Part shown: piece by piece, positions 48,271-57,389 of the stretch
How the letters are laid out: each line of letters opens with the position of its first letter
How positions within the stretch are numbered: position 1 is the first letter of the stretch
NCBI GenBank assembly: GCA_963695655.1
Contig: CAVOHG010000001.1
Coordinates: forward strand, 273,995-337,994
Reading direction: 5' to 3'
From: an uncultured Acidobacteriota bacterium
GTDB taxonomy: Bacteria; Acidobacteriota; Vicinamibacteria; Vicinamibacterales; 2-12-FULL-66-21
Length of the DNA: 64,000 nt
Made by a program: the position numbers and the translations under genes
Notes under the pieces: model-generated
What the model was told of the DNA's origin: nothing
Database searches by the model: none
The model's input: the letters and a program-made list of their open reading frames with translations, nothing else

Positions 48271-48453
48271 ATGTCTCAGCTCGTAGCCTTCGTCAAATCA
48301 TTCGGGCGCAACGAAGACGGCCAGGACCTGCTCGAGTACGCGTTGCTCGTGGCGCTCATCGCGCTCATCGCCATCGGCGGCGTCACCCTGGCGGGCAAGT
48401 CGGTGAACGTGATCTTCACGAACATCGCCAACGCGCTGACCACGGCGGCGTAG
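48271..48453 (+). CDS. flp: Flp-family type IVb pilin 1
   Basis: 60 aa. Leader ...GRNEDG | QDLLEYALLVALIALIAIGGV (G/xxxxEY processing motif and hydrophobic helix). Confidence 0.9.
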   Translation: MSQLVAFVKSFGRNEDGQDLLEYALLVALIALIAIGGVTLAGKSVNVIFTNIANALTTAA

Positions 48454-48466
48454 TTTCGTCTCGATT

Positions 48467-48494
48467 CCGGTGCGCGGCACGGGCCGCGCACCGG
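48467..48494 (+). terminator. strong stem-loop after flp-1 (attenuator/partial terminator)
   Basis: CCGGTGCGCGGC-ACGG-GCCGCGCACCGG, a perfect 12-bp stem. No U-tract follows. Confidence 0.5.
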
Positions 48495-48538
48495 CTTGAA
48501 GTCGGCCTTCAGCCCGCGTAGAGAAAGGATCAGTCGAC

Positions 48539-48736
48539 ATGAACTCTCACACCGCCGTCGCACTCTTGAGAACGATCGCCGGCCTTGGCCGCAACGAAGA
48601 AGGTCAGGACCTGCTCGAATACGCGCTGCTCGTTGCGCTCATCGCGCTCATTGCCATCGGAGGCGTCACGCTCGCCGGTCAGTCGGTGAACGTGATCTTC
48701 ACCAACATCGCCAACGCGCTCACGACCGCGGCGTAG
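48539..48736 (+). CDS. flp: Flp-family type IVb pilin 2
   Basis: 65 aa. The mature part is identical to flp-1 except K->Q (GVTLAGQSVNVIF). The leader differs. Confidence 0.9.
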   Translation: MNSHTAVALLRTIAGLGRNEEGQDLLEYALLVALIALIAIGGVTLAGQSVNVIFTNIANALTTAA

Positions 48737-48750
48737 TTATTCGTCGACCC

Positions 48751-48775
48751 GAAGGGGCCGGTGCGCCGGCCCTTT
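48751..48775 (+). terminator. stem-loop after flp-2
   Basis: GAAGGGGCCGG-TGCG-CCGGCCCTTTC followed by a T-containing tract. Confidence 0.4.
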
Positions 48776-48817
48776 CGCTCGTTCGTCGTTCGCAGTGAAC
48801 CAGGGAGGACAGTCGCC

Positions 48818-49012
48818 ATGCAGTCGCAAGTTGCCGTCGCCGTGCTCGAGAGAATCAACAACGCGCGACGCTCCGAAGAGGGCCAGGACCTGCTCGAGTA
48901 CGGGCTTCTCGCAGCGCTGCTCGCGGTCGTGGCCATTGGCGCAGTGACGGTCGTGGGCAACACGATCAATACAGTTTTCTGGCAGACCATTGCTGTCGCC
49001 AGCAATTTCTAA
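48818..49012 (+). CDS. flp: Flp-family type IVb pilin 3 (divergent)
   Basis: ATG 48818 with GGGAGG 9 nt upstream. ...RRSEEG | QDLLEYGLLAALLAVVAIGAVTVVG. Confidence 0.85.
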   Translation: MQSQVAVAVLERINNARRSEEGQDLLEYGLLAALLAVVAIGAVTVVGNTINTVFWQTIAVASNF

Positions 49013-49502
49013 CACCGCCTTCGTCGCCCTGGTGGCGTCGCTGGTCGTCGCAACGGTGATCGACATCCGCACCCGCCGGATACCGAACGAACTCACCGCG
49101 TCGCTGGCGGGCGTCGGCGTCGCCCTTGCCGCGACCGGGGTGAGCGGCGTGCCGCTGTGGGCCTCGTTCGCCGGGTTCGTCGTCGGCCTCGCGCTGATGA
49201 TTCCGGGCCACCTGCTCGGAGCAACCGGCGCCGGGGACGTGAAGTTGATGGCCGCGGTTGGCGCGGTCGTCGGTCCTGCAACCGTCGTGACAGCGTTTCT
49301 GTTCACGGCGTTGCCGGTGGAGTCCTGGCGGTGGTGGTGGCGAAACGCCGGGGGCGCCTGGCCGCCGACGATCGCGCAGACGGGAAAGCTGATCGCCTCG
49401 TCGGACGCCGGCAACCCGATCCGGTCGGCACCGCAGGCACACAGGTTCGCATACGGTCCCGCCATTGCCGTCGGCAGTGTGTTGGCGACGCTGGTGAAGT
49501 AA
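48990..49502 (+). CDS. cpaA: A24-family prepilin peptidase CpaA/TadV
   Basis: VATVIDIRTRRIPNEL (first catalytic Asp) and GAGDVKLMAAVGAVVG (second Asp). TTG start at 48990 overlaps flp-3. The start is uncertain. Confidence 0.8.
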   Translation: MLSPAISNTAFVALVASLVVATVIDIRTRRIPNELTASLAGVGVALAATGVSGVPLWASFAGFVVGLALMIPGHLLGATGAGDVKLMAAVGAVVGPATVVTAFLFTALPVESWRWWWRNAGGAWPPTIAQTGKLIASSDAGNPIRSAPQAHRFAYGPAIAVGSVLATLVK

Positions 49503-49589
49503 GAGGGCGGTCGACAGCGAGACGCCTTGGAAGTCGCTCACGACGCGCACCGTCGCGTCCATGTGGAATGAAGGTCAGGGGACACACAT

Positions 49590-50443
49590 ATGCGCAACCG
49601 AATTTTCGTCGTTCTTGCCATCGCCGTTCTCGCCGGAGGCGGCCTGGCGTACGGCACCTACAACATGGTGAACAACCAGCCGGTCAAGACCGTGTCGACG
49701 CCGACGCAGCCGGTCGTGGTCGCGGCCTCGAACCTGCAGCTCGGCGCCGAGCTCAAGGCCGAAGACCTGAAGGTGATTGCGTTCCCGCAGGGGAAGGCGC
49801 CGGAGGGCACGTTCGCGCAGCCGTCCGAAATCGTCGGCCGCGGCCTGATCGTGCCGATCGTCGAAGAACGAGCCGGTGCTGAAAGCGAAGCTCGCGTCGA
49901 AGGAAGCCGGCTCCGGCCTGCCGCCGGTGATTCCCGAGGGCATGCGCGCCGTGTCGGTCCGCGTTGACGAAGTGGTCGGCGTTGCCGGCTACGTGCTGCC
50001 CGGCAACCGCGTCGACGTGCTCGCGACCGCGAATCCGACCGACGCAGCGCTCCGACACGACGACGAAGGTGATTCTGTCGAACGTGCAGGTGCTGACCGC
50101 CGGCACGCGCATGGAGCAGGACCAGGAGAACACGAAGCCGGTGCGGTCACCGTCGTGACGCTGCTCGTCTTCCCGGAGCAGTCCGAGCGCCTCGCGCTGG
50201 CGAGCACGGAAGGCAAGATTCAGCTCGCGCTGCGCAACCCGCTCGACCAGGGTGCACCCGAAACGCCCGGCATCAAGACCGCCGGACTGATGGGCAGGGT
50301 GACCGCGCCGCCAGCTGAAGGCGCTTCGACACGGCAAGCCGCGCCCCGCCATGCCCGTGACGCAGGTCGTCGCCGGCCCGGCGCCGCTGCCGACGGTCGA
50401 GATGATTCGCGGAGACAAGCGCGCAAACGAAGTCATTCGGTAG
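49590..50443 (+). pseudogene. cpaB: Flp pilus assembly protein CpaB/RcpC, 4 apparent frameshifts
   Basis: MRNRIFVVLAIAVLAGGGLAYG...GRGLIVPIVE | NEPVLKAKLAS...GMRAVSVRVDEVVGVAGYVLPGNRVDVLATANP | ...TTKVILSNVQVLTAGTRMEQDQ | VTVVTLLVFPEQSERLALASTEGKIQLALRNPLD | ...VEMIRGDKRANEVIR*. Junctions near 49868, 50035-50060, 50140 and 50345. Confidence 0.75.
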
Positions 50444-50520
50444 TCACCAGCATCCAGTCTCCAGCTTCCGACCGGGAGCGCGGGGCAACTGGCAACTGGG
50501 AACTGGTAACTGGCAACTGT
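50444..50520. repeat. 11 phased heptamers (TCACCAG CATCCAG TCTCCAG ... CAACTGG CAACTGG GAACTGG TAACTGG CAACTGT) between cpaB stop and cpaC SD
   Basis: Read directly. Starts at the nucleotide after TAG (50441-50443) and ends 3 nt before GAAGGAG (50524-50530). The CCAG and CTGG halves are reverse complements. Confidence 0.88.
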
Positions 50521-50536
50521 TTCGAAGGAGACCCTC

Positions 50537-52067
50537 ATGAATCCGCGGGTAACAAAGTTCAAGTCGGCGCTGGCCGCCCTCATCATCGTGATTCTGGTGG
50601 CCGCACCGCAGGCGCAGCAGGCGATGCAGCCGCCGCAGTTCGCGCCCGCGGCGGGCGCTGCGCCGCGGCGGCCGCGCGTGAACCCGCGATGAACGCCCCG
50701 ACCGACATCGACCTGCTGGTCGGCCGGTCTACCGTCGTCAACGTCGGGTCGACGATCGCGCGGGTGTCGCTGACCGTCCCGGATATCGCCGACGCGATGG
50801 TGACCGCGCCCAGGCCAGCTGCTGATTCACGGCAAGCAGCCGGGCACGATCTCGCTGTTCGTCTGGGATCGCGGCGGCGCGATCACGACGTACGAAGTGA
50901 AGGTCCGCCGCGACCTCAGCGCGCTGGTGGAGCAGATCAAGCAGCTGTTCCCCGGCGAGCCGATCTCGGTCATCGGCAGCGGCAAGGACGTCGTCATCTC
51001 CGGCACGGTCTCCAGCCAGTATGTGGTCGAGAAGGCCGCGAGCGTGGCCGCCGGATACGTCGAAAAGGTCGAGAACGTCGTCAACCTGCTGAAGCAGCAG
51101 GAAGGCGTGGCGTCGAACCAGGTGATGCTGCGGGTCCGCTTCGCCGAAGTGAGCCGCAGCGCGGTCCAGGAACTCGGCGCCAGCTTCTTCGCCAACGGTT
51201 TCAAGAAGGACTGGTCGGGACGGATCGCGCCGGCGGGCGTGCCCTCGCCGGAGTTCGACGCTCAGAAGGGGCTGGTCTTCAGCGACTTCCTCAACCTGTT
51301 CGTCTTCAACTCGAAAGAGGGTCTTGGCGGTGTCGTTCGCGCGCTGCAGACGAAGGGACTGTTCCAGAGTCTCGCCGAGCCGAACCTGATCGCGACCAAT
51401 GGCAAGGAAGCCAGCTTCCTCGCCGGCGGCGAGTATCCCTACCCGGTGGTGCAGTCCGGGCAACGGCAACAACTCCGTCACCATCATGTTCAAGGAGTTC
51501 GGCGTCCGTCTGAGCTTCACGCCGACGGTGCTCGGCGGCGACCTGGTGCACCTGAAGGTCCGGCCCGAAGTGAGCTCGCTCGACTTCGCCAACGCCGTCA
51601 ACATCGACGGGTTCCGCATTCCCGCGCTGTCGACGCGCCGCACGGAGACGGAAGTGGAACTGCGCGACGGGCAGACGTTCGCGATTGCCGGGCTCCTGAA
51701 CAACACGCTGACCAACACGATGTCGAAGATTCCGGGCATCGGTGATATCCCGGTCCTCGGCAACCTGTTCAAGAGCAAGGCGCACCAGAAGAACCAGACC
51801 GAGCTCGTCGTCATGATCACGCCGGTCATCATGAAGCGCGGACAGATGGGTGTGTCCGAGGGCCTGCCGGCGCTCGTCGCTCCCTACCTCGAGGCGCCGA
51901 ACAAGACCTACTCGAACCCTGAGCCTTACGTGGGTTCGCCGCGGTTCCCCGCCGACCAAGCCGGCAGCCGAAGGGTGCGGCCGAGAACAACCACTCGACG
52001 CAGCCCGCACCCGCGGCCAAGGTCGCCTCGATGCCGGCCCCGGTGCAGGCGGAGGCGAAGCCGGTGA
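50537..52067 (+). pseudogene. cpaC: Tad secretin CpaC/RcpA, at least 3 frameshifts
   Basis: Signal peptide MNPRVTKFKSALAALIIVILVAAPQAQQ; DIDLLVGRSTVVNVGSTIARVSLTVPDIADAMVTAP | QLLIHGKQPGTISLFVWDRGG...; secretin core LFQSLAEPNLIATNGKEASFLAGGEYPYPVVQSG | NGNNSVTIMFKEFGVRLSFTP...IPGIGDIPVLGNLFKSK...ELVVMITP. Junctions near 50650-50690, 50812 and 51465. The 3' end is uncertain. Confidence 0.75.
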
Positions 52068-52605
52068 CCCGTCCGATTCAGACACCCGCGACGGTGACCC
52101 CCGTCGCCGCGCCCGCTTCCAGCGGATCGACTACCGCCCAGGCAGCGTGCTCGGCGCCGGCACCGTCCGCCGCGCAGCCCGCGAAGGCGACGTCAACGCG
52201 GCCGCGAAGGCGCATCTGCCCCCGCCGCGGCTCCCGCGCCGAAAGCGACGGCTCCCGCCGCCGCGCCGAAGGGACATGAAGGCGCTCGAGCGTCAGCAGG
52301 CTGAGGCCAAGAAGGCGGCGGAGGAGGCGGCACGCCAGAAGGCGGCCGACGACAATCGCCGCGCTGAGGAAGACAAGGTCGCGCAGCAGAAGGCGGACGA
52401 GGATCGGCGCGTCGCCGACAAGCTCGCCAAGGAGCGCGCCGCGCGCGAAGCCGAGGTGGCGCAAGCGGAACGCCGAGATCGCCCGCCGCAAGTCCGAGGA
52501 GGACCAGAAGCGCGACAGGCTCCTCGCCGACGCAGCCGCCCGCCTCCAGGCGGCGCAGGAGGCCTACCAGGCCGAGGTCGACAGAACGAAAGGCTCACAG
52601 AAATG
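51950..52605 (+). other. coding-like Pro/Ala-rich plus charged coiled-coil segment with no single open frame
   Basis: Pieces readable in three frames: AAKVASMPAPVQAEAKPVTRPIQTPATVTPVAAPAS; APAAAPAPKATAPAAAPK; MKALERQQAEAKKAAEEAARQKAADDNRRAEEDKVAQQKADEDRRVADKLAKERAAREAE; NAEIARRKSEEDQKRDRLLADAAARLQAAQEAYQAEVDRTKGSQK* (TGA 52603-52605). Confidence 0.4.
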
Positions 52606-52657
52606 AAGAAGCTGACCTGGGGCGGCTAACACGTCTACACGCCAACCGGAGAGCGCA

Positions 52658-53848
52658 ATGAAGAGACTCACACGGCTCCGTGACGACGAATCGGGAATGA
52701 CCTACGTTTTCGTGGGGCTGAGCCTGATGGCGCTGCTCAGCGCGAGCATGCTCGCGATTGACGTCGGCATGTTGATGACGGCGCGCAGCCAGGCCCAGAA
52801 CTCCGCCGATGCCGGCGCGCTCGCCGGCGCGACGGCGCTGGTCTATGACAGCTGGGCCGACCGGACGGCGGGAGGCCCCGCCGTGACGAGCGCGCTCGGA
52901 GCCGCTCAGGCGAATACGGTGATGAGCAAGGCGGTCTCCGTGACCCCGGCCGACGTCGAGTTCGAGAACGATCCGGCGACCGCCAGTCCCGATCGCGTCA
53001 AGGTGACGGTGTACAAAACCGCGGCGCGGGCGCAGGCCGACGGGTCCGGCGGGCCGGTGTCCACGCTCATCGCTTACCTGTTCGGCACCAGCACGGTCGA
53101 CATCCGCGCCACTGCAACCGCCGAGGCTGCGCCGGCGAACGCCATGACTTGCGTCAAGCCTTTCACGATTCCTGACAAGTGGATCGAGCGGCAGACGGCT
53201 CCGTACGACGCGTCGGATACCTACGATGCGTTCGATAACAAGGGCAATCCGCTGGCCAACCCGGACGTCTACATCCCCGCCTACGACGAAAGCGGGCACC
53301 CGAACGCCGACTATACCGGCTACAACAACGAGCGGGAGCGCGGGACCCGCCTGACCATCCGCGCCGGTACCGGCAACAACATTTCGCCCAGCATGTACTT
53401 CTCGCTCTCGATGTTCGACGATATGGGCGGCGACGACTACCGCTGGAACATCGGCAATTGCAACAAGCACATCTATCACTGGGGCGACGGGCTGGTCCAG
53501 GAGCCCGGGGACATGAGCGGTCCGACGCTGCAGGGCGTCACGGAGCTGGTCGCGAGGGACCCCGGCGCGGTTTGGAACACGTCGACAAACGGGGTCACCG
53601 GCAGCGCGTTCGGCAACCACAGCCCGCGCATTTTCCCGATCCCGCTCTACGACCCGCCGTTCTATGACTCGGGGAAGCGCAACGGCCGCGACGCCACGCT
53701 CAAGACCGCGAACTGGATCGGCTTCTTCGTCGAGGACGTCGCCGGCAAGGACGTGATCGGCCGGATCATCCCCATCGCCGGCATTTACGACAAGAACGGC
53801 CCTGCGCCGAACGCGGCGCTTCCCAAAACGATTCGGTTGATTCGGTAA
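52658..53848 (+). CDS. TadG-like pilus assembly protein (Tad_N / TadE-G-like N-terminus)
   Basis: MKRLTRLRDDESGMTYVFVGLSLMALLSASMLAIDVGMLMTARSQAQNSADAGALAGA is the typical TadG N-terminal membrane anchor. 396 aa. Confidence 0.75.
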   Translation: MKRLTRLRDDESGMTYVFVGLSLMALLSASMLAIDVGMLMTARSQAQNSADAGALAGATALVYDSWADRTAGGPAVTSALGAAQANTVMSKAVSVTPADVEFENDPATASPDRVKVTVYKTAARAQADGSGGPVSTLIAYLFGTSTVDIRATATAEAAPANAMTCVKPFTIPDKWIERQTAPYDASDTYDAFDNKGNPLANPDVYIPAYDESGHPNADYTGYNNERERGTRLTIRAGTGNNISPSMYFSLSMFDDMGGDDYRWNIGNCNKHIYHWGDGLVQEPGDMSGPTLQGVTELVARDPGAVWNTSTNGVTGSAFGNHSPRIFPIPLYDPPFYDSGKRNGRDATLKTANWIGFFVEDVAGKDVIGRIIPIAGIYDKNGPAPNAALPKTIRLIR

Positions 53849-53856
53849 CAACGTCC

Positions 53857-55047
53857 ATGGCACAGCTCGCGGCCTCCATCATCAGTCACGACGACGAGTT
53901 CAAGCGGCAGCTGGCGGCGATGCTGCGGGCCTGCGGAGTGCCGATCGGCATTGTCGAAGAGCGCCGAAGCGGCACCGAGGCCGCCGGCCCCGACCTCGTC
54001 GTCGTCGACATCCGCGGCGATGCCTCGTCCGGGATGGCGGCGATCGAGCGGATGCGCGCCGGGCATCCGGGCGTGGCCCTGTTCGCAGTCGCCGCTGCTT
54101 CCGAACCGGATCTGATTCTCCAGGCGATGCGCGCCGGCGCGAACGAGTTCTTCCCCTGGACCGGTGGGGTCGCGACTCAGGCATCGCGGGCGATGGAGGA
54201 GTCGTTCCACGGCGCTGTGCGCCGGACCGCGGCACGGCGCGAAGCGGTCACCGCGGGCGCGCGCCAGCCCTGCCTGACGCACGTGTTCCTCGGCGCGAAG
54301 GGCGGATCCGGCACGACCACCGTCGCGGTCAACTGCGCCGTCGAACTCGCCCGCCTGAGCAAGCGACCCACCGCCATCCTCGACCTGAAGCCGTGCCTGG
54401 GTGAAGTCGCGTTGTTCCTGGGCGTCCGACCACGGTTCACGGTGCTCGATGCGATCGAAAACCTGCACCGTCTCGACCGCGAGTTCCTGAGCGAGCTCAT
54501 GTCGCGGCACAAGTCCGGCCTGGACATTCTGGCGGCATCCGAGCAGTTCGACCGGCCCAACGCACAGGATGCCGGGGCGATTGAGGAGCTGCTGCGCGTC
54601 CTGGCGCGACTGTACGACTACATCGTCATCGACGCGGGCAACATGATCAACTCGTGCGCCGTCGCCGCGCTCTACGCCGCCGACACGATCTTCCTGGTCA
54701 CCAACCCTGACGTTCCATCGATCCGGAACTCGCAGCGGCTCGTCGATCGGGTGAGGCAGCTCGGCGCCGGGAGCGAGCGGGTAAAGATTCTGCTGAACCG
54801 GGTGTCCGATCAAAACCTGATTGCGCCCAAGCAGATCGAGACGGCGCTCGGGTACGGCATCCACCACACGTTCTCGAGCGACTATCGGACCGTGTCGACC
54901 GCACTCAACTCGGGTGTCCCTCTCGCGCTGACGAACAACTCGGAAATTTCGATGCAGTTCGGCGGCTTCACACGTCAGCTTCTCGGCCTTCAGGAAGACG
55001 TGAAGCCAGAGCCGGAGCGACGCAAGGCATTCCTCGGGATCCTCTGA
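53857..55047 (+). CDS. cpaE: CpaE/TadZ: receiver-like N-domain + MinD/ParA-type ATPase
   Basis: [10 protein letters not shown]...ANEFF receiver-like part. Deviant Walker [28 protein letters not shown]. Confidence 0.85.
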   Translation: MAQLAASIISHDDEFKRQLAAMLRACGVPIGIVEERRSGTEAAGPDLVVVDIRGDASSGMAAIERMRAGHPGVALFAVAAASEPDLILQAMRAGANEFFPWTGGVATQASRAMEESFHGAVRRTAARREAVTAGARQPCLTHVFLGAKGGSGTTTVAVNCAVELARLSKRPTAILDLKPCLGEVALFLGVRPRFTVLDAIENLHRLDREFLSELMSRHKSGLDILAASEQFDRPNAQDAGAIEELLRVLARLYDYIVIDAGNMINSCAVAALYAADTIFLVTNPDVPSIRNSQRLVDRVRQLGAGSERVKILLNRVSDQNLIAPKQIETALGYGIHHTFSSDYRTVSTALNSGVPLALTNNSEISMQFGGFTRQLLGLQEDVKPEPERRKAFLGIL

Positions 55048-55061
55048 TCGGAACCATAGCC

Positions 55062-56405
55062 ATGACCGTGTCGATTACCCCAACTCAAACCGCCGGCGTC
55101 CCGCCGCGCCCAGCGCGCGTCGAGGCACCACGCCCGCAGTATCTCGAACTGAAGGCGAACGTCCACCGCAAGCTGCTGAACCGCCTGAATCTCGAGGCGC
55201 TCGCGTCCGCCGAGCGGCCGCGGGCCGAGGCTGAGATCCGCACCCTGCTCTTCGAGCTGATTGCCGAGGAGGGGATGCCGCTGACGATGACCGAGCGGGA
55301 GGTGATCCTCGGCGACGTCATCGACGAGGTGTTCGGGCTCGGGCCGCTCGAACCGCTGCTGCGCGACCCGGGTGTCAGTGACATCCTGGTGAATACCTAC
55401 AAGCAGGTCTACGTCGAGCGCTCCGGCAAACTCGAGCGGCTGCCGACCACGTTCCAGAGCGACAAGCACCTGATGCGAGTCATCGACCGGATCGTCAGCG
55501 GTGTCGGCCGCCGCGTCGACGACAGTTCGCCGATGGTCGATGCCCGTCTGCCAGACGGCTCGCGCGTCAATGCCATCATCCCGCCACTCGCCGTCGACGG
55601 CCCTCTGCTGTCGATCCGGCGTTTTCCCGCCGAGCGGCTGAAGGCAGAGGACCTCGTCACGATCAAGTCGATGACCCGTCCGATGCTGGAATTCCTGGAG
55701 CACTGCGTCCGCGCAAAGCTGAACATGCTGATCAGCGGTGGCACCGGCGCGGGCAAGACGACGCTGCTGAATGTCCTGTCGAGTTTCATTTCGGAGCGGG
55801 AGCGCATCGTCACCATCGAGGACGCCGCCGAACTGCAGCTCCACCAGGAGCATGTCGCGCGGCTTGAAACGCGTCCGCCGAACGTCGAAGGCAAAGGCGC
55901 CGTTCGGCAGCGGCAGCTGCTGATCAATGCGCTGCGTATGCGCCCGGACCGGATTGTCGTCGGTGAAACCCGAGGCGAAGAGGCCCTCGACATGCTGCAG
56001 GCGATGAACACCGGCCACGACGGCTCGCTGACGACGACCCACGCCAACACGCCGCGCGACGCCCTGACGCGTATCGAGACGATGATCGCGATGGGTGCGA
56101 CGAACCTGCCCGAGCGTGCCATGCGGCAGCAGATTGCGGCCGCGATCCAGATTGTCATCCAGCAGTCGCGCATGAGCGACGGCACCAGGAAAGTCACGAG
56201 CATCTCCGAGATCACCGGGATGGAGGGGGACGTCATCACGATGCAGGAGATCTTCTGCTTCGAAAAGCTCGGGATTACGCAGGACGGCAAGGTGATCGGG
56301 CGCTTCCGCGCGACCGGCGTCCGCCCCAAGGTCTGTGAGCGGCTGAAGGCATCCGGGGTCCACCTCGCGGCTGACATGTTCGAGGGCGTGACGGAGGTGC
56401 GGTGA
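55062..56405 (+). CDS. cpaF: CpaF/TadA secretion ATPase
   Basis: Walker [15 protein letters not shown], Asp box [11 protein letters not shown], Walker [13 protein letters not shown], His box [13 protein letters not shown]. Confidence 0.92.
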   Translation: MTVSITPTQTAGVPPRPARVEAPRPQYLELKANVHRKLLNRLNLEALASAERPRAEAEIRTLLFELIAEEGMPLTMTEREVILGDVIDEVFGLGPLEPLLRDPGVSDILVNTYKQVYVERSGKLERLPTTFQSDKHLMRVIDRIVSGVGRRVDDSSPMVDARLPDGSRVNAIIPPLAVDGPLLSIRRFPAERLKAEDLVTIKSMTRPMLEFLEHCVRAKLNMLISGGTGAGKTTLLNVLSSFISERERIVTIEDAAELQLHQEHVARLETRPPNVEGKGAVRQRQLLINALRMRPDRIVVGETRGEEALDMLQAMNTGHDGSLTTTHANTPRDALTRIETMIAMGATNLPERAMRQQIAAAIQIVIQQSRMSDGTRKVTSISEITGMEGDVITMQEIFCFEKLGITQDGKVIGRFRATGVRPKVCERLKASGVHLAADMFEGVTEVR

Positions 56406-57388
56406 TGGCAGCCGCAATCCTCGTTCTGCTCGTCTTTGGCTTCGGTGTCGCCCTCGTCATGGGGCTGTACTTCGGTGCCACGAAACTGCCCGGCATGTTA
56501 CAGCAGCGCAAGGTCGATGCCCGTCTGCTGGAAGTGTCGCAACCGGTCGCTGACGAACCGGAGCCGGGCAGCACGAAACTGCTCGTCAAGGCGCGTCACG
56601 TCGGCCCGGTACCCGCGCTCGACCGCATGGTCGCCGACTCGACGAGACTGTCAGGGATCGGCGGCTGGCTGGAACAATCAGGGCTGAAGGTGAGTGTCAG
56701 CGGCGTGCTGATCATCGCACTGTTGAGCGCCGGCGTCATGGGGCTCGTCGCGGCGCTGGTCACGCGTGCGCCACTGGCGCTGCCGTTCGGGGCCGCGGCC
56801 GGGTTCGCGCTCCCGTTCCTCTTTTTGAAGGTCAAGCGCTCTCGGCGGCTGCGTGTATTCGAGGAGCAGTTTCCCGAAGCGCTCGACATGATCTCGCGCG
56901 CGCTCAAGGCCGGCCATGCGTTTGCGACGGGGCTGAAGATGGCGGCCGACGAGTTGCCGGAACCGGTCGGCCCCGAGTTCCGCAAGACGTTCGATGAGCA
57001 GAACTTCGGCCTCCCGCTGAAGGATTCGCTCGACAACCTGGCGAAGCGCGTCCCCATTCTCGACGTGCGATTCTTCGCGACGGCGGTGCTGATTCAGCGG
57101 GAGACGGGCGGCAACCTGTCGGAGATTCTCGAGAACCTCGGACACGTCGTGCGGGAGCGGTTCAAGATCCTGCGGCAGGTGCGCGTTTATACCGCGCACG
57201 GCCGGTTCACCGGGTACGTCCTGCTGGCACTGCCGGCTTTCCTGGGCATCGCCCTGTCGTTCATCAACCCCGATCATATGAACATGCTGTTCCGCGAGCG
57301 CATGGGACAGATGATGTTGATCGGGGCGCTTGTGATGCAGACCATCGGGTTCCTGTGGATCAAGCACGTCATCAAGATCGAGGTGTAG
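56402..57388 (+). CDS. tadB: TadB (type II secretion system F-family platform protein)
   Basis: 328 aa. T2SSF domain ([26 protein letters not shown]...[17 protein letters not shown]). Start overlaps the cpaF stop (GTGATG). Confidence 0.88.
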   Translation: MMAAAILVLLVFGFGVALVMGLYFGATKLPGMLQQRKVDARLLEVSQPVADEPEPGSTKLLVKARHVGPVPALDRMVADSTRLSGIGGWLEQSGLKVSVSGVLIIALLSAGVMGLVAALVTRAPLALPFGAAAGFALPFLFLKVKRSRRLRVFEEQFPEALDMISRALKAGHAFATGLKMAADELPEPVGPEFRKTFDEQNFGLPLKDSLDNLAKRVPILDVRFFATAVLIQRETGGNLSEILENLGHVVRERFKILRQVRVYTAHGRFTGYVLLALPAFLGIALSFINPDHMNMLFRERMGQMMLIGALVMQTIGFLWIKHVIKIEV

Positions 57389-57389
57389 C

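Noticed and set aside
49876-51513. 545-aa track ORF spanning cpaB to cpaC as a single gene.
   Set aside because: Only short stretches of it match CpaB/CpaC. The rest is Arg/Gly-rich out-of-frame read-through that crosses a stop codon of the true cpaB frame, the heptamer array and the cpaC SD/ATG.
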